NCBI GenBank assembly: GCA_021813445.1
Contig: JAKAKP010000133.1
Span: 12,937-76,936, forward strand
DNA from: Deltaproteobacteria bacterium
GTDB lineage: Bacteria > Desulfobacterota > Desulfobaccia > Desulfobaccales > 0-14-0-80-60-11
Length of the DNA stretch: 64,000 nucleotides
Direction of reading: 5' to 3'
The notes beneath the pieces were generated by a model. It searched no databases, was not told where the DNA came from, and saw nothing but the letters and a program-made list of their open reading frames with translations. Made by a program: the position numbers and the translations under genes. Positions 39,388 through 48,499 of this stretch are shown here, piece after piece. Position 1 is the stretch's first letter. Every line of letters begins with the position of its first letter.

Positions 39388-41001
39388 GTGAAAAACATGC
39401 GACTGATAACTGCGCCTCAGCTTAGAGAGATACTGAAAGGCGATACCGAGTTTGCACTATTGGATGTCAGGGAGCGCCACCCTTTTTCCCAAGAACATTT
39501 GCTGCTGTCTTCCTGTGTGCCCTTAAGTCGGATGGAACTCATGATCGGCGAACTCGTGCCCAGGATGGCCACCAGGATAATTCTCGTCGACGAAGGTCCG
39601 GCAGACAGATATCGCTTGGCTGAGAGAGCGGCGGTGCGCTTACAGCAGTTGGGCTACAGCGATGTCGCCATCCTTGACGGCGGCATTTCAGGATGGCGCG
39701 AGGCCGGCTTCGAGCTGTTCTCCGGGGTCGGTTCATACAGCAAAGCCTTCGGCGAGTGGATTGCCGAGAAATATCATACTCCTTATATAACCGCTCCAGA
39801 AGAGCGCCAAAAGATAGAACACCATGAAAACCAGGTTATTCTTGATTGCCGGCCAGAGAGCGAATACCGGCGCATGACCATCCCGGGGAGCGTCAACGCG
39901 CCAGGCGCCGATTTGGTTTATCGGGTGCACGACGCCGTAACCGATCCGCAGGCCCTGGTGGTAGTACATTGCGCGGGGCGCACCCGGAGCATCATCGGCA
40001 CCCAATCGCTGGTCAACGCCGGCATCCCCAACCCCGTCGTGGCGCTGGAAAACGGTACCATGGGCTGGCAGCTCGCCGGATTTGAATTGGAATACGGACA
40101 GACCCGCTCTGCACCCTCGCCCTCTCCCGCCGGGCTCGCCCGGGCCCAAGAAGCCGCCGCCAGAGTAGCTAAGCGTTTCGGAGTGAGAAAGATAACTTAT
40201 GACATCTTGAAGAGGTGGATGGCGGAAAGCCGCTCCAGAACTCTTTATGTCATTGATGTGCGGCTTCCGGAAGAATTTGCCGCCGGACACCTGGAGGGAT
40301 CGCGCAATGTCCAGGGAGGACAGTTGGTCCAGGCGACCGATGAGTATATCGGTGTTTTCAACGCCCGCATCGTGCTCCTGGATGACACGGAGGTCCGGGC
40401 CACTATGACCGCCTCCTGGCTGGTGCAGATGGGTTGGGACGAGGTTTACGTGCTGGAAAACGGGATCTCCCGCCTGCCTTTGACTCAGATCCCCTACAAG
40501 AGAAGCGTGCTTGGTTTTGAGAAAGGGAACATCATGACCATTGCAGAGCTGAGGAAACGATTGGAAAAGCAAGAAGTGGCCCTGGTGGACGTAGCGTCCA
40601 GCGCATCCTTCCAGGAAAACCATATCCCAGGGGCCTGGTGGGGCATACGCGCGAGGTTGGGAAAGGACCTGTCAAAAGTTGGGCAGATCAAGACGCTTAT
40701 TTTGACATCTGAGGATGGCACTTTGGCTCACCTGACGGCAAGAGATTTGAAGGAGCAGAAATTCGAGCCTGAAATTTTTGTTCTGGATGGCGGGACGACG
40801 GTCTGGATCAAAGCCGGGCTCCCGACCTCGAAGGGTATGGAGAAAGCCATCAGCGAGTTACATGATATGTGGTATATGCCCTATATGCACCCGGATGCCC
40901 CTGAACAGGCCAAGCGCGGGTATTTAGAATGGGAGTATGGACTGGTGGCTCAGATTGAACGCGATGGCACCGCCAAGTTTAGGATATTTCCGGATAAATA
41001 A
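39388..41001 (+). CDS. Multi-rhodanese-domain sulfurtransferase
   Basis: Four rhodanese-like repeats, at least one with an active-site loop (HCAGRTRS). GTG start; an alternative ATG is at 39397. Confidence 0.75.
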   Translation: MKNMRLITAPQLREILKGDTEFALLDVRERHPFSQEHLLLSSCVPLSRMELMIGELVPRMATRIILVDEGPADRYRLAERAAVRLQQLGYSDVAILDGGISGWREAGFELFSGVGSYSKAFGEWIAEKYHTPYITAPEERQKIEHHENQVILDCRPESEYRRMTIPGSVNAPGADLVYRVHDAVTDPQALVVVHCAGRTRSIIGTQSLVNAGIPNPVVALENGTMGWQLAGFELEYGQTRSAPSPSPAGLARAQEAAARVAKRFGVRKITYDILKRWMAESRSRTLYVIDVRLPEEFAAGHLEGSRNVQGGQLVQATDEYIGVFNARIVLLDDTEVRATMTASWLVQMGWDEVYVLENGISRLPLTQIPYKRSVLGFEKGNIMTIAELRKRLEKQEVALVDVASSASFQENHIPGAWWGIRARLGKDLSKVGQIKTLILTSEDGTLAHLTARDLKEQKFEPEIFVLDGGTTVWIKAGLPTSKGMEKAISELHDMWYMPYMHPDAPEQAKRGYLEWEYGLVAQIERDGTAKFRIFPDK

Positions 41002-41078
41002 AGATAAATCCCATGGGCCCCCGTCTTTTGAACCAGCCTGCCAGAAGGTGTGACGATTCCTGGCAAGGCCAAGTCGTT

Positions 41079-41936
41079 TTATGCAGACTCGACCTCGCCG
41101 GGCTCATGCAAAGGATGCGTCATGAAAAAATTCCATATCGCCTGACTGGCGCTCCAGGAACGAATAGTTGCGCCAATGACTTTTTTGGGCAAAAATTGAT
41201 ACCCGCCCGGCCAAGTGTGTCCTCCTCCTTCTACCCGATAAAGCATAACCATTGTCCCTTGGATGCAGGAACCGTAGGATTCGCAGATCACCCCGTCACC
41301 CAGAGCCATCACTTCCGGCGTCGCGGCGCACCTGTGCGATGCTGCCCAACCCGCGACCGTTGCCGGCACCGATTCTACGAATCCTCCCCCTCCTGTGACT
41401 CCCCCTGCCCAGGGGACAATCGGATCTGCGGTGCCATGGATTTGGAGCACGGCCACAGGTTTTTGGGGGTTGCATTTGCCTCTTATTTGGGGGGCAATGG
41501 TTCCTGCCACTGCGGCAATGGCAGCAATTTTTTCAGAGAGTTCACACGCCAGGCGGTGGACAAATGTCGCCCCATTCGAAAAGCCGGTTGCATATACCCG
41601 TTGGCGATCGATGTTGAGCGTCTGACTGAGTGTATCAATCAGCCTGGCGGTGAACCTTACATCATCCACCCCCATGGCCTCAGCCTTCCCGGTCCCATGA
41701 CCGGCGTTCCAGGAACGACCAATACCATTGGGATACGCCACGATAAATTTCTGCTCCTCCGCCAGGTCTGACAGGTTGGTGAGTTTCGCCATTTTTTTTG
41801 CAGTCCCCAAGCGGCCATGGAAAGCTAAAACCAGGGGCAGCGGCTGGCTGGAATCATAGGCGCGGGGAATATGAAGGAGATAATTTCGCTTAAGATTGGA
41901 AACCTTGATCTCCCCTGAGAGATCTTCAGCCGCCAT
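41079..41936 (-). CDS. Esterase of the PHB-depolymerase/LpqC family
   Basis: PLVLAFHG...YPNG...VDDVRF...VYATGFSNGA (GxSxG). No signal peptide in frame; a signal-like peptide sits upstream in another frame. Confidence 0.65.
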   Translation of the reverse strand: MAAEDLSGEIKVSNLKRNYLLHIPRAYDSSQPLPLVLAFHGRLGTAKKMAKLTNLSDLAEEQKFIVAYPNGIGRSWNAGHGTGKAEAMGVDDVRFTARLIDTLSQTLNIDRQRVYATGFSNGATFVHRLACELSEKIAAIAAVAGTIAPQIRGKCNPQKPVAVLQIHGTADPIVPWAGGVTGGGGFVESVPATVAGWAASHRCAATPEVMALGDGVICESYGSCIQGTMVMLYRVEGGGHTWPGGYQFLPKKVIGATIRSWSASQAIWNFFMTHPLHEPGEVESA

Positions 41937-42202
41937 CAGAAGTTCCTCCCAGGCATTCTGCCGATTGCAGGTAACAGGAAGTGAATAAGCAAGCTCATTA
42001 ATTAATTATGCCAGACAAACCCGGCAGGAGAAAGAGATTAAGAAAGTGGCCAACGTCAGCAGGCCAGACGTGACTGAGTTTTTAGAAATAGAACCCCCAA
42101 TACCGATCAAGATGGAGTTTCAGAATAATGTTCTGAAGGAAGCCTGCCAGGCGCTGGTGGCACTTAAGGGAAGAAATATCTGCGGCGCCAAGGAATGACA
42201 AA

Positions 42203-42862
42203 TTGCAGGAGTCGAGTAGCGTGGGGGAATCTCACCCCCACGCCCTCACAGATTCGTACATGAACCTCTCGGCTCATAAGGCTCCTAATGATCAGCCGTA
42301 TTTACATGGCCGTGCCTTACCAGTGGCTCCTCCCATTGCTGGTTGGCCACCAGCAATCCATGAGAAAGAGACCATCGATGAGATTATCTTCCGCACCACT
42401 AAAGTTAGAAACCGTTTGATCCTGGAACTCATGGCCCGGGGCGGCATGCGGGTGGGCGAGGTTTTGCACCTTGCTGCCAAAGATGTGGAGGATCAAAAGC
42501 TCACCATCAGAAATCCCAAAAGCGGCAAATTGTCAGAGGTGGTCTTCATCCCGAAAAAGCTGGCCGATAGGTTGAAGGATTACATCAAAGGCAGGGCCAT
42601 AGATGGTGATCAAAGGATTTTCCGCATCTCCTATACCGCGGCTCGGGTCATGGTCAGGAAGGCCGGCACCTTGGTCGGGGTCCACTTGCGGCCCCATGAC
42701 CTGAGGCGCCACGCAGCCACATATGCCTCCCGCTCTGGGGTTCCGGTGGAGATAGTCAGCAAGGTCATCTTGAGGCACGCCAACCTCTCCACCACCCAAA
42801 GATACCTGGGGAAGGTCAGCGATGTGGAAGCGGTGCGATGGATTGAGAATCTTTATGGATAA
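42203..42862 (+). pseudogene. Tyrosine recombinase/integrase, catalytic domain only (N-terminal core-binding domain missing)
   Basis: Catalytic residues ARGGMRVGE (R), HDLRRH (HxxR), LRH (H) and QRY (Y). The first ~55 aa are unrelated sequence. Confidence 0.6.
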
Positions 42863-42988
42863 TGCTTGTCGGGCGGGATCAGGGAATGGTCTCGCCCGAT
42901 AATGCGAGATTATAGGCTCGACCCTTCTCCTAGTCTTAAGAATTTCGTGTTCCTTTAAAAAAGGCTAAAGTTGTTCCTTCATCACTCC

Positions 42989-43816
42989 TCAATCCAGTAG
43001 CAGCAAGTAGGCCACCGGGGTTATGGGGCTGGTCAGGCGAATCTTGACGAGAGCCGGGGTGCTGCTCAAGCCATTATCGCTGACTACCAGTTGGGCGGTA
43101 TAGAGGCCGCGGGTGTCGGCGATAAAGGTGGGGTTGGGGGAGGCCGGGTTGCTGAGCGCGGCGGCGCTGCCGGTTGGCTTGGCAGTCAGGGTCCACTGGT
43201 AGGAGCTGATGGCCTGGCCGTTGGCATCGTGGCTCTTGGTGCCGTCCAGGGTCACCACGGCGCCGATCCTGCAGATGACCCGGTCCGGGCCGGCGTCGGC
43301 CACCGGGGGGACATCGCGCAGGCTCACCGTCATGGTCACGGCCTGGCTGACGCCCTGGGAGTCCCGCACCACCAGTTGGATGACGTAATCGCCGTAGACG
43401 TCGGCAACGAAGGTGGGGGTGGCGGAGGTGGGGTCGAGCAAGGCGGCGTGGCTGCCCGGCGGCATGGAGACAATGGTCCAGAGGTAGGTAAGGTCCAAAC
43501 CCAAGGGGTCGTAGCTGCCGGAACCGTTGAGATAGACGGTGGAGCCGCTGATCAGGATGGTCTGGTTCGAGCCCGGATCGGCGACCGGGTCACCGGAGGT
43601 GGGGGTACTGGCAATCACCTGCCGGGCGGTGCGGTTGCCCGCGGCGTCGTAAGCGTACTGGATAATGGTGCCGTCATCGTACTGCACCTGGGTAAGACGG
43701 TTCAGGGTGTCGTAAGTGTATTGGGCGGTGCCAGCCAGCCCTGGAGCCGCAAGGAGGAGGCAAAAACAGACTGCCAAGACGATTTTTCTTAAAGACAGGT
43801 TTTTCATTAGCATCAT
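42989..43816 (-). CDS. Secreted protein with two YD repeats and two PKD-like domains
   Basis: Signal peptide, YTYDTLNRLTQVQYDDGTIIQYAYDAAGNR, then two repeats of the ...DAGPD/ADPGSNQT...L(D/N)GS.S.D...Y.W... pattern. Confidence 0.7.
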   Translation of the reverse strand: MMLMKNLSLRKIVLAVCFCLLLAAPGLAGTAQYTYDTLNRLTQVQYDDGTIIQYAYDAAGNRTARQVIASTPTSGDPVADPGSNQTILISGSTVYLNGSGSYDPLGLDLTYLWTIVSMPPGSHAALLDPTSATPTFVADVYGDYVIQLVVRDSQGVSQAVTMTVSLRDVPPVADAGPDRVICRIGAVVTLDGTKSHDANGQAISSYQWTLTAKPTGSAAALSNPASPNPTFIADTRGLYTAQLVVSDNGLSSTPALVKIRLTSPITPVAYLLLLD

Positions 43817-43898
43817 CCTTTTAGGAAAGATACCTCAAATATAATGAATTTGGCCGATCCAATTAAACCCTACTATCGTTATCAGACATTTCTCCCTT

Positions 43899-43994
43899 CT
43901 ATCCGGTCAGGATAAAGGTACCTCCCGAAGCTGCTGGCGGAGTAAAAGTCTGTAACTGCCAGGCGGTGAGGTTGCCCGCGGCTTCATATGCGTA
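43899..43994 (-). pseudogene. Orphan YD-repeat fragment
   Basis: The minus strand reads YAYEAAGNLTAWQLQTFTPPAASGGTFILTG*. It has no start codon and lies between the CPBP and PKD genes. Confidence 0.45.
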
Positions 43995-44016
43995 TATTTG
44001 TTTTGTCTATAATGAC

Positions 44017-44676
44017 TTATGTATTCGCTAATAAAAGGAATGCATTGACGAGAGAATGAACTGTTATGGAGGCAACTATGCCACTTTTTGAATAAACTAC
44101 TGTGAATATGGCAGAATACAAAAAAATAAAAAAAAGGTTTATATCAAATGTCCCCCAAATTCCATGTGGGATAATAAATAATAAAGAAGACAATATAAAA
44201 GCAAATATATCGCCCCAATCCTCACGTATTATTCCAAAAAAATAACCTCTAAACAGAACTTCTTCTAATGTAGGCCCCCATAATACAACCAAAAATATAT
44301 TTAGATATAAAAAAGGCGTGGGCACATCAAGTATACTTTGTGCGAAAGGTATTTTCTTATCAGAAGTGATCATATTTAAAAAAAATGTAAGCCATGATAG
44401 AATGATTCCTACAATAATGGTCATAACCAAATCTTTTAAATGAGGACTGGCTACAGGAAGTCTCTTTGTTCTATTATAGCAATAAATTATTGCTATAATA
44501 GGAGAAAATGCAGATGAAGACAATATCTCTTTTGTTATTTGTGGAATGCTGGATGATAATTTATATAACATTGGATTTATTAATAGCCAAAGCATTAGAT
44601 GAGCTACTATTAGGCAGGCAAATCCTTCCAGTATTATGATGATATTCTTAATTCTATTATTAAAAATCATTACCAT
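44017..44676 (-). CDS. CPBP-family intramembrane glutamic endopeptidase (Abi / CAAX-protease-like)
   Basis: Motifs EEVLFRG, FIIPHG and HSLVNA in a polytopic, very AT-rich ORF. Start overlaps the Rhs stop by 7 nt. Confidence 0.8.
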   Translation of the reverse strand: MVMIFNNRIKNIIIILEGFACLIVAHLMLWLLINPMLYKLSSSIPQITKEILSSSAFSPIIAIIYCYNRTKRLPVASPHLKDLVMTIIVGIILSWLTFFLNMITSDKKIPFAQSILDVPTPFLYLNIFLVVLWGPTLEEVLFRGYFFGIIREDWGDIFAFILSSLLFIIPHGIWGTFDINLFFIFLYSAIFTVVYSKSGIVASITVHSLVNAFLLLANT

Positions 44677-46859
44677 CCGGCGCCTCCGGAAGGACCGATA
44701 GGTTCTGGAGGAAAACCAGGAGGATTAGGCAGAGAGGGACCGGGTACCGGAGGAAGAAAAGGGAACTGAGCCGGTCTTGTTGGAGGTTGTTGTGGGGGGA
44801 ATGGATTTGCGTAACAAATATCTCTTGGTGTAACATCAGCAGTAGGAGCTAACCAACCTTTTGGAGGAGGTTGAAGAGGATTTAAATTATTCATAGTTGT
44901 TGGGGTTAAACCATTAGGATCAATCATATTCAATGGATTATTCACAGCAAATCTATATAAATTAATTCCGCTTTCTTCTCCCAGCGGGTCCCTCGTCAGC
45001 CACCTTCCCAATGCTGGTACATAAAAACGATAACCATAATAACATAATCCAGTCTTTTCATCATAAGGCTTAGTGGAGAACTGAAATGGCTGTTTAATTG
45101 AATTGGCAGGAACGCGAGGTGCTCCAAATGGGTCGTATTGGTAGGTGGCGGCCACGTTGCCGTTGGGGTCCAGGAGGGCGGTGACGTTCCCCTTGCCGTC
45201 ATAGAGATAAGAGAAATGGACCGCGCCCTGGTAGAGGTCCAGCAGGCCGCCGATGCCCCCCGGCAGGCCCTGGCCCCAGGTGTATTCGCTGATGATGTTA
45301 AAGTTCCGGTCCTGTTCCTGCATGATCTGGAAGCCGTCGTACAGGTAGCGTTTCCAATCGGTAGCTTGGCCATTCAAAGAAACGATTTTCTGTACCAGAA
45401 GATTGCCGACGTAGTTATAACCGGTTCGATAGACATCGCTGCCCACCGTATAGCTGAAGGTGGTGAGGCGGTTGCTGCCGTCATAAACCGCGGTAAAGGG
45501 GTAACCTTGGGGAGTGTAGCCGTTGGTCAGGTTCCCGGAGGCGTCATAGACCAGGTCCGTCACCCCGGAGTTGGTAATGCGGGTGAGGGCATTGACGTTG
45601 TTGTATTCGTAGTTTGTGAGGCTGCTGACATAGGGCGGGGGCGAGGCGGGCTCGGTGGCGGTTTCGCCGGCCCGCAAGTCCTGATCGTTATAGGAATAGG
45701 CGTAACTGCAGACCACCGTGTCCCAAATCCTGGTGGTCATCTGCGTCAGGCGGTTGAGGATGTCATAGTCATAGGTGGTCACCGCGCCGTTGGGCCGGGT
45801 GAGGGTCCGGACCAGGGGGCTGGCCCCGGCATAGCCGTAAATATAAACCTGATCCCCGGCGGTGACGCGGGTGAGCCGGTTCAGGTGGTCATAGGCATAG
45901 GCCACGGGCTGGCCACTGCCCCGGGTCATGAGGGTCCTGCGGCCCAGGGCATCGTATTGATAAGCGACCCGGGTCTCTGGGTGGTTTCTCAGAGTAAGGG
46001 TCAATAGCTGGGAATTGGCATCGTAAGTGCGGTCGAGATACCAATAATCGGTGGAATAAGCAGATGTCTCCCGGCCGAAATTATCATAAAAATAGTAGGT
46101 CGCGGTCCCACCTTCATCCCAAAACCGGGCAAGTTTCCCGAGGTCAGAATAAAGATAATTAGTCTTGATGCCCCGGGCATTGGTCCGGGCCAACAGGTTA
46201 TTGGAAGGATTATTAGCATCGTAACTGAAGGAGTCGAAGGTGCCGTCCGCGTAGGTCTTTTTAATCAGGTTGTTATTGGCGTCGTAATCGAACCTGGTGA
46301 TGTTTCCCTTGGGGTCAGTGATGCTGGCCCGGTTGCCGTTGGCATCGTAAGTAAAGGCGGTGACCCCGCCCGCGGGGTCGGTCACCGCGGTCAGCCGGTT
46401 GGCCTGGTCATAGGCATAAAAGGTGGTCCGGCCCGAACGCTCCGTGATGCTGTCTATCTTGAAAGGACAACAGGAGGAATACTGGTAGCTCTTGTATTTA
46501 TTGTCCGGGTAAGTGATACGGGTCACCTGGTCCAGGTTATTATACTCATAAATCAGGGTCAGGCCGGAGGCGGCCTGCATGGCTTCGCCGAAAGAGGCAT
46601 TGACCATTGGATAGCTCAGATCATGGGTGGGGTAAAGCGGTCCATCCAATTGCCCGGCAGCCATCAGATCTTCGAAGTTGAGGTTCCTGGAAAGGTCTAA
46701 GGCTTTTAGCGAGTATCCTTTGGGATACCCCGGGCTGGCTTCGGCGTTGGCAGCAAACAGGGGTAAGACTATTTGCAGCAGGAAGATTAAGGAGGAGATG
46801 AGGAAAAGTCTATAAGTCCTTTTAACTAATGGAGAATGCGGAGATGAATGGTTCATCAT
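44670..46859 (-). CDS. Rhs/YD-repeat protein with Sec signal peptide and a short proline-rich C-terminal tip
   Basis: Many YD repeats (YDANGNR, YDALGRR, YDHLNRL...). Core end YGYRFYVPALGRWLTRDPLGEESGINLYRFAVNNPLNMIDPNGL. The last 78 aa (44670-44906) are Pro-rich. Confidence 0.85.
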   Translation of the reverse strand: MMNHSSPHSPLVKRTYRLFLISSLIFLLQIVLPLFAANAEASPGYPKGYSLKALDLSRNLNFEDLMAAGQLDGPLYPTHDLSYPMVNASFGEAMQAASGLTLIYEYNNLDQVTRITYPDNKYKSYQYSSCCPFKIDSITERSGRTTFYAYDQANRLTAVTDPAGGVTAFTYDANGNRASITDPKGNITRFDYDANNNLIKKTYADGTFDSFSYDANNPSNNLLARTNARGIKTNYLYSDLGKLARFWDEGGTATYYFYDNFGRETSAYSTDYWYLDRTYDANSQLLTLTLRNHPETRVAYQYDALGRRTLMTRGSGQPVAYAYDHLNRLTRVTAGDQVYIYGYAGASPLVRTLTRPNGAVTTYDYDILNRLTQMTTRIWDTVVCSYAYSYNDQDLRAGETATEPASPPPYVSSLTNYEYNNVNALTRITNSGVTDLVYDASGNLTNGYTPQGYPFTAVYDGSNRLTTFSYTVGSDVYRTGYNYVGNLLVQKIVSLNGQATDWKRYLYDGFQIMQEQDRNFNIISEYTWGQGLPGGIGGLLDLYQGAVHFSYLYDGKGNVTALLDPNGNVAATYQYDPFGAPRVPANSIKQPFQFSTKPYDEKTGLCYYGYRFYVPALGRWLTRDPLGEESGINLYRFAVNNPLNMIDPNGLTPTTMNNLNPLQPPPKGWLAPTADVTPRDICYANPFPPQQPPTRPAQFPFLPPVPGPSLPNPPGFPPEPIGPSGGAGW

Positions 46860-47509
46860 TACTCTCCAATAATTTTATTCAATTATTATGAAAACCGGTT
46901 TTTGCTAATGAAAATATGCTGTTGACCGGTTAAAGGTTGGAAACTAGAAGCTGTTGCAAACCCTTTAAAATTAGCCCCAAAAGTCATCCTTGGCGAAGCG
47001 AAGAATCCAGGTGTTTCAAATACCTATATTCTTCGAGCCGCACAGGATGGCAAAAAAATGGATCTGCAATAATGCTAACCTTTGGCGGGGTAACGAGAAT
47101 TGCCGTTTTGGACTGTTTGGACGGTGAAAATGTCGCTGATCAGTTTAACTGGCGATATTTCTTTACCAGTATATCGGAATTCATCCCTAAAAAATAAATT
47201 TCCGGGTGTTCATGCCTCTAAGCCGCACCAGTAATGATTATCCACTTCCTTCGTCACGACGTGGCCAAGAAAATTTTAGTATTTTTTAGCACCTACTAAC
47301 CAAGAAAAGAGTAAAGTTTGGGAATCGTTTCCTGTGGGCTGATGAAGCAGCATCTTTCAATGAATGGAGGGTGTTGATTTCTTGCCATCCTGGAGACTTA
47401 TCAGTGAAGTGGAGAAAATTGCGGGTATGATCCTCATCTGCGAATGAATCACATCATTAAAGAGGAAAGTTTGTTAGATAAATCTTTGATATTTAAACCC
47501 TCTATTCTA

Positions 47510-48322
47510 TTAAAGATCACCAAAAGGAAGTGCTTTCACCTCCGGCGCTAAAGGCAGCCGGACTTCGCCGGGATGAATGACGTACCCGGGGGCGGAATGG
47601 TCTTGCAGGTCTTTCTGGAAGGCCGTAAGGTGACGTGCCATGGCCGGTCGAGGGGTTGCATAGAGTTTAACCTCCAGAGGGATTAAGCGGCCGCCTGCTG
47701 CCACCACAATATCCACTTCAGCGCCGGCCGCAGTGCGCCAAAAGTACACCTGGGGTTCCTGGCCCCGGTGGACTATGGTCTTGATGATCTCCATAAGCAC
47801 CCCGGTTTTGAAGATGGCCCCGCCCATGGGCCCGGTGGCGGCATGTTCCGGGTCTCTGAGGCCGGCCAGGTGGCAAAGGATGCCCACGTCTGAAAAATAG
47901 ACCTTGGGTGACTTGACCAGGCGCTTTCCCACATTGGCGAAGTATGGACGCAGGATGATTACCTGGAAGGTAGCTTCCAATACCGTCAGCCAAGCCTTGG
48001 CGGTATTGAGAGCGACCCCGAGGTCCCTGGCCAATTCGGCCAGGTTAAGGAGTTGGGCGCTCCTGGCGGCCAGGGCTCGCAGGAAATTCTGGAACAGGGG
48101 CGCCTTTTCACTTTGGGCTTGCTGTTGAATGGCGGGATATTCCACTTCCAGCCAGTTGCTAACCTCCTGGGAGTTCTGCTCCAGTGCCCGGCGCACAGGT
48201 TTTTGTGGAGTAAAACCCCAGCGCTTTAAATATCGACCGGAGGTTGATAATGACACCCGAAGGCCAAACTTGCGCTGAATCAATTTGGCTACAGCTTCTC
48301 GGGTCCAAAGATAGAAAGGCAA
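47510..48322 (-). pseudogene. Chimeric relic: IS630-family transposase N-terminal fragment fused to a DUF4143 ATPase C-terminal fragment
   Basis: LWTREAVAKLIQRKFGLRVSLSTSGRYLKRWGFTPQKP is IS630-like wHTH. SPKVYFSDVGILCHLAG...EVDIVV...IPLEVK is DUF4143-like. Neither part is complete. Confidence 0.6.
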
Positions 48323-48366
48323 CTTCAGCTGTTCCGGGTGAGGGGGTTAGAGGTGCAATAACTTTG

Positions 48367-48498
48367 CCTAAGCACCCAAAGAGATTTCAGGAGGTTTAGA
48401 TAGGACCAAAGCGCCATCGTTACTTACCTGGCAGGCCGTATATTCCTTGGCCACCAGGTTCATTATATCTTCTGCGCGGAAAAGGATGTGAAAGGTCA
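48367..48498 (-). pseudogene. Relic of a GT20 trehalose-6-phosphate synthase (otsA) gene
   Basis: The minus strand reads MTFHILFRAEDIMNLVAKEYTACQVSNDGALVLSKPPEISLGA*. This parallels [27 protein letters not shown] in the intact OtsA domain at 57396-59642. Confidence 0.45.
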
Positions 48499-48499
48499 T

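Noticed and set aside
41013-41771. 252-aa plus-strand ORF opposite the esterase gene.
   Set aside because: The minus-strand frame has clear alpha/beta-hydrolase (LpqC-type) motifs including GFSNG. The plus-strand product has none.
42989-43030. The C-terminal ...SPITPVAYLLLLD of the PKD/YD protein, considered as a PEP-CTERM sorting signal.
   Set aside because: There is no PEP tripeptide, no full TM helix and no basic tail. The ORF simply ends, and reading through the stop does not extend such a motif.
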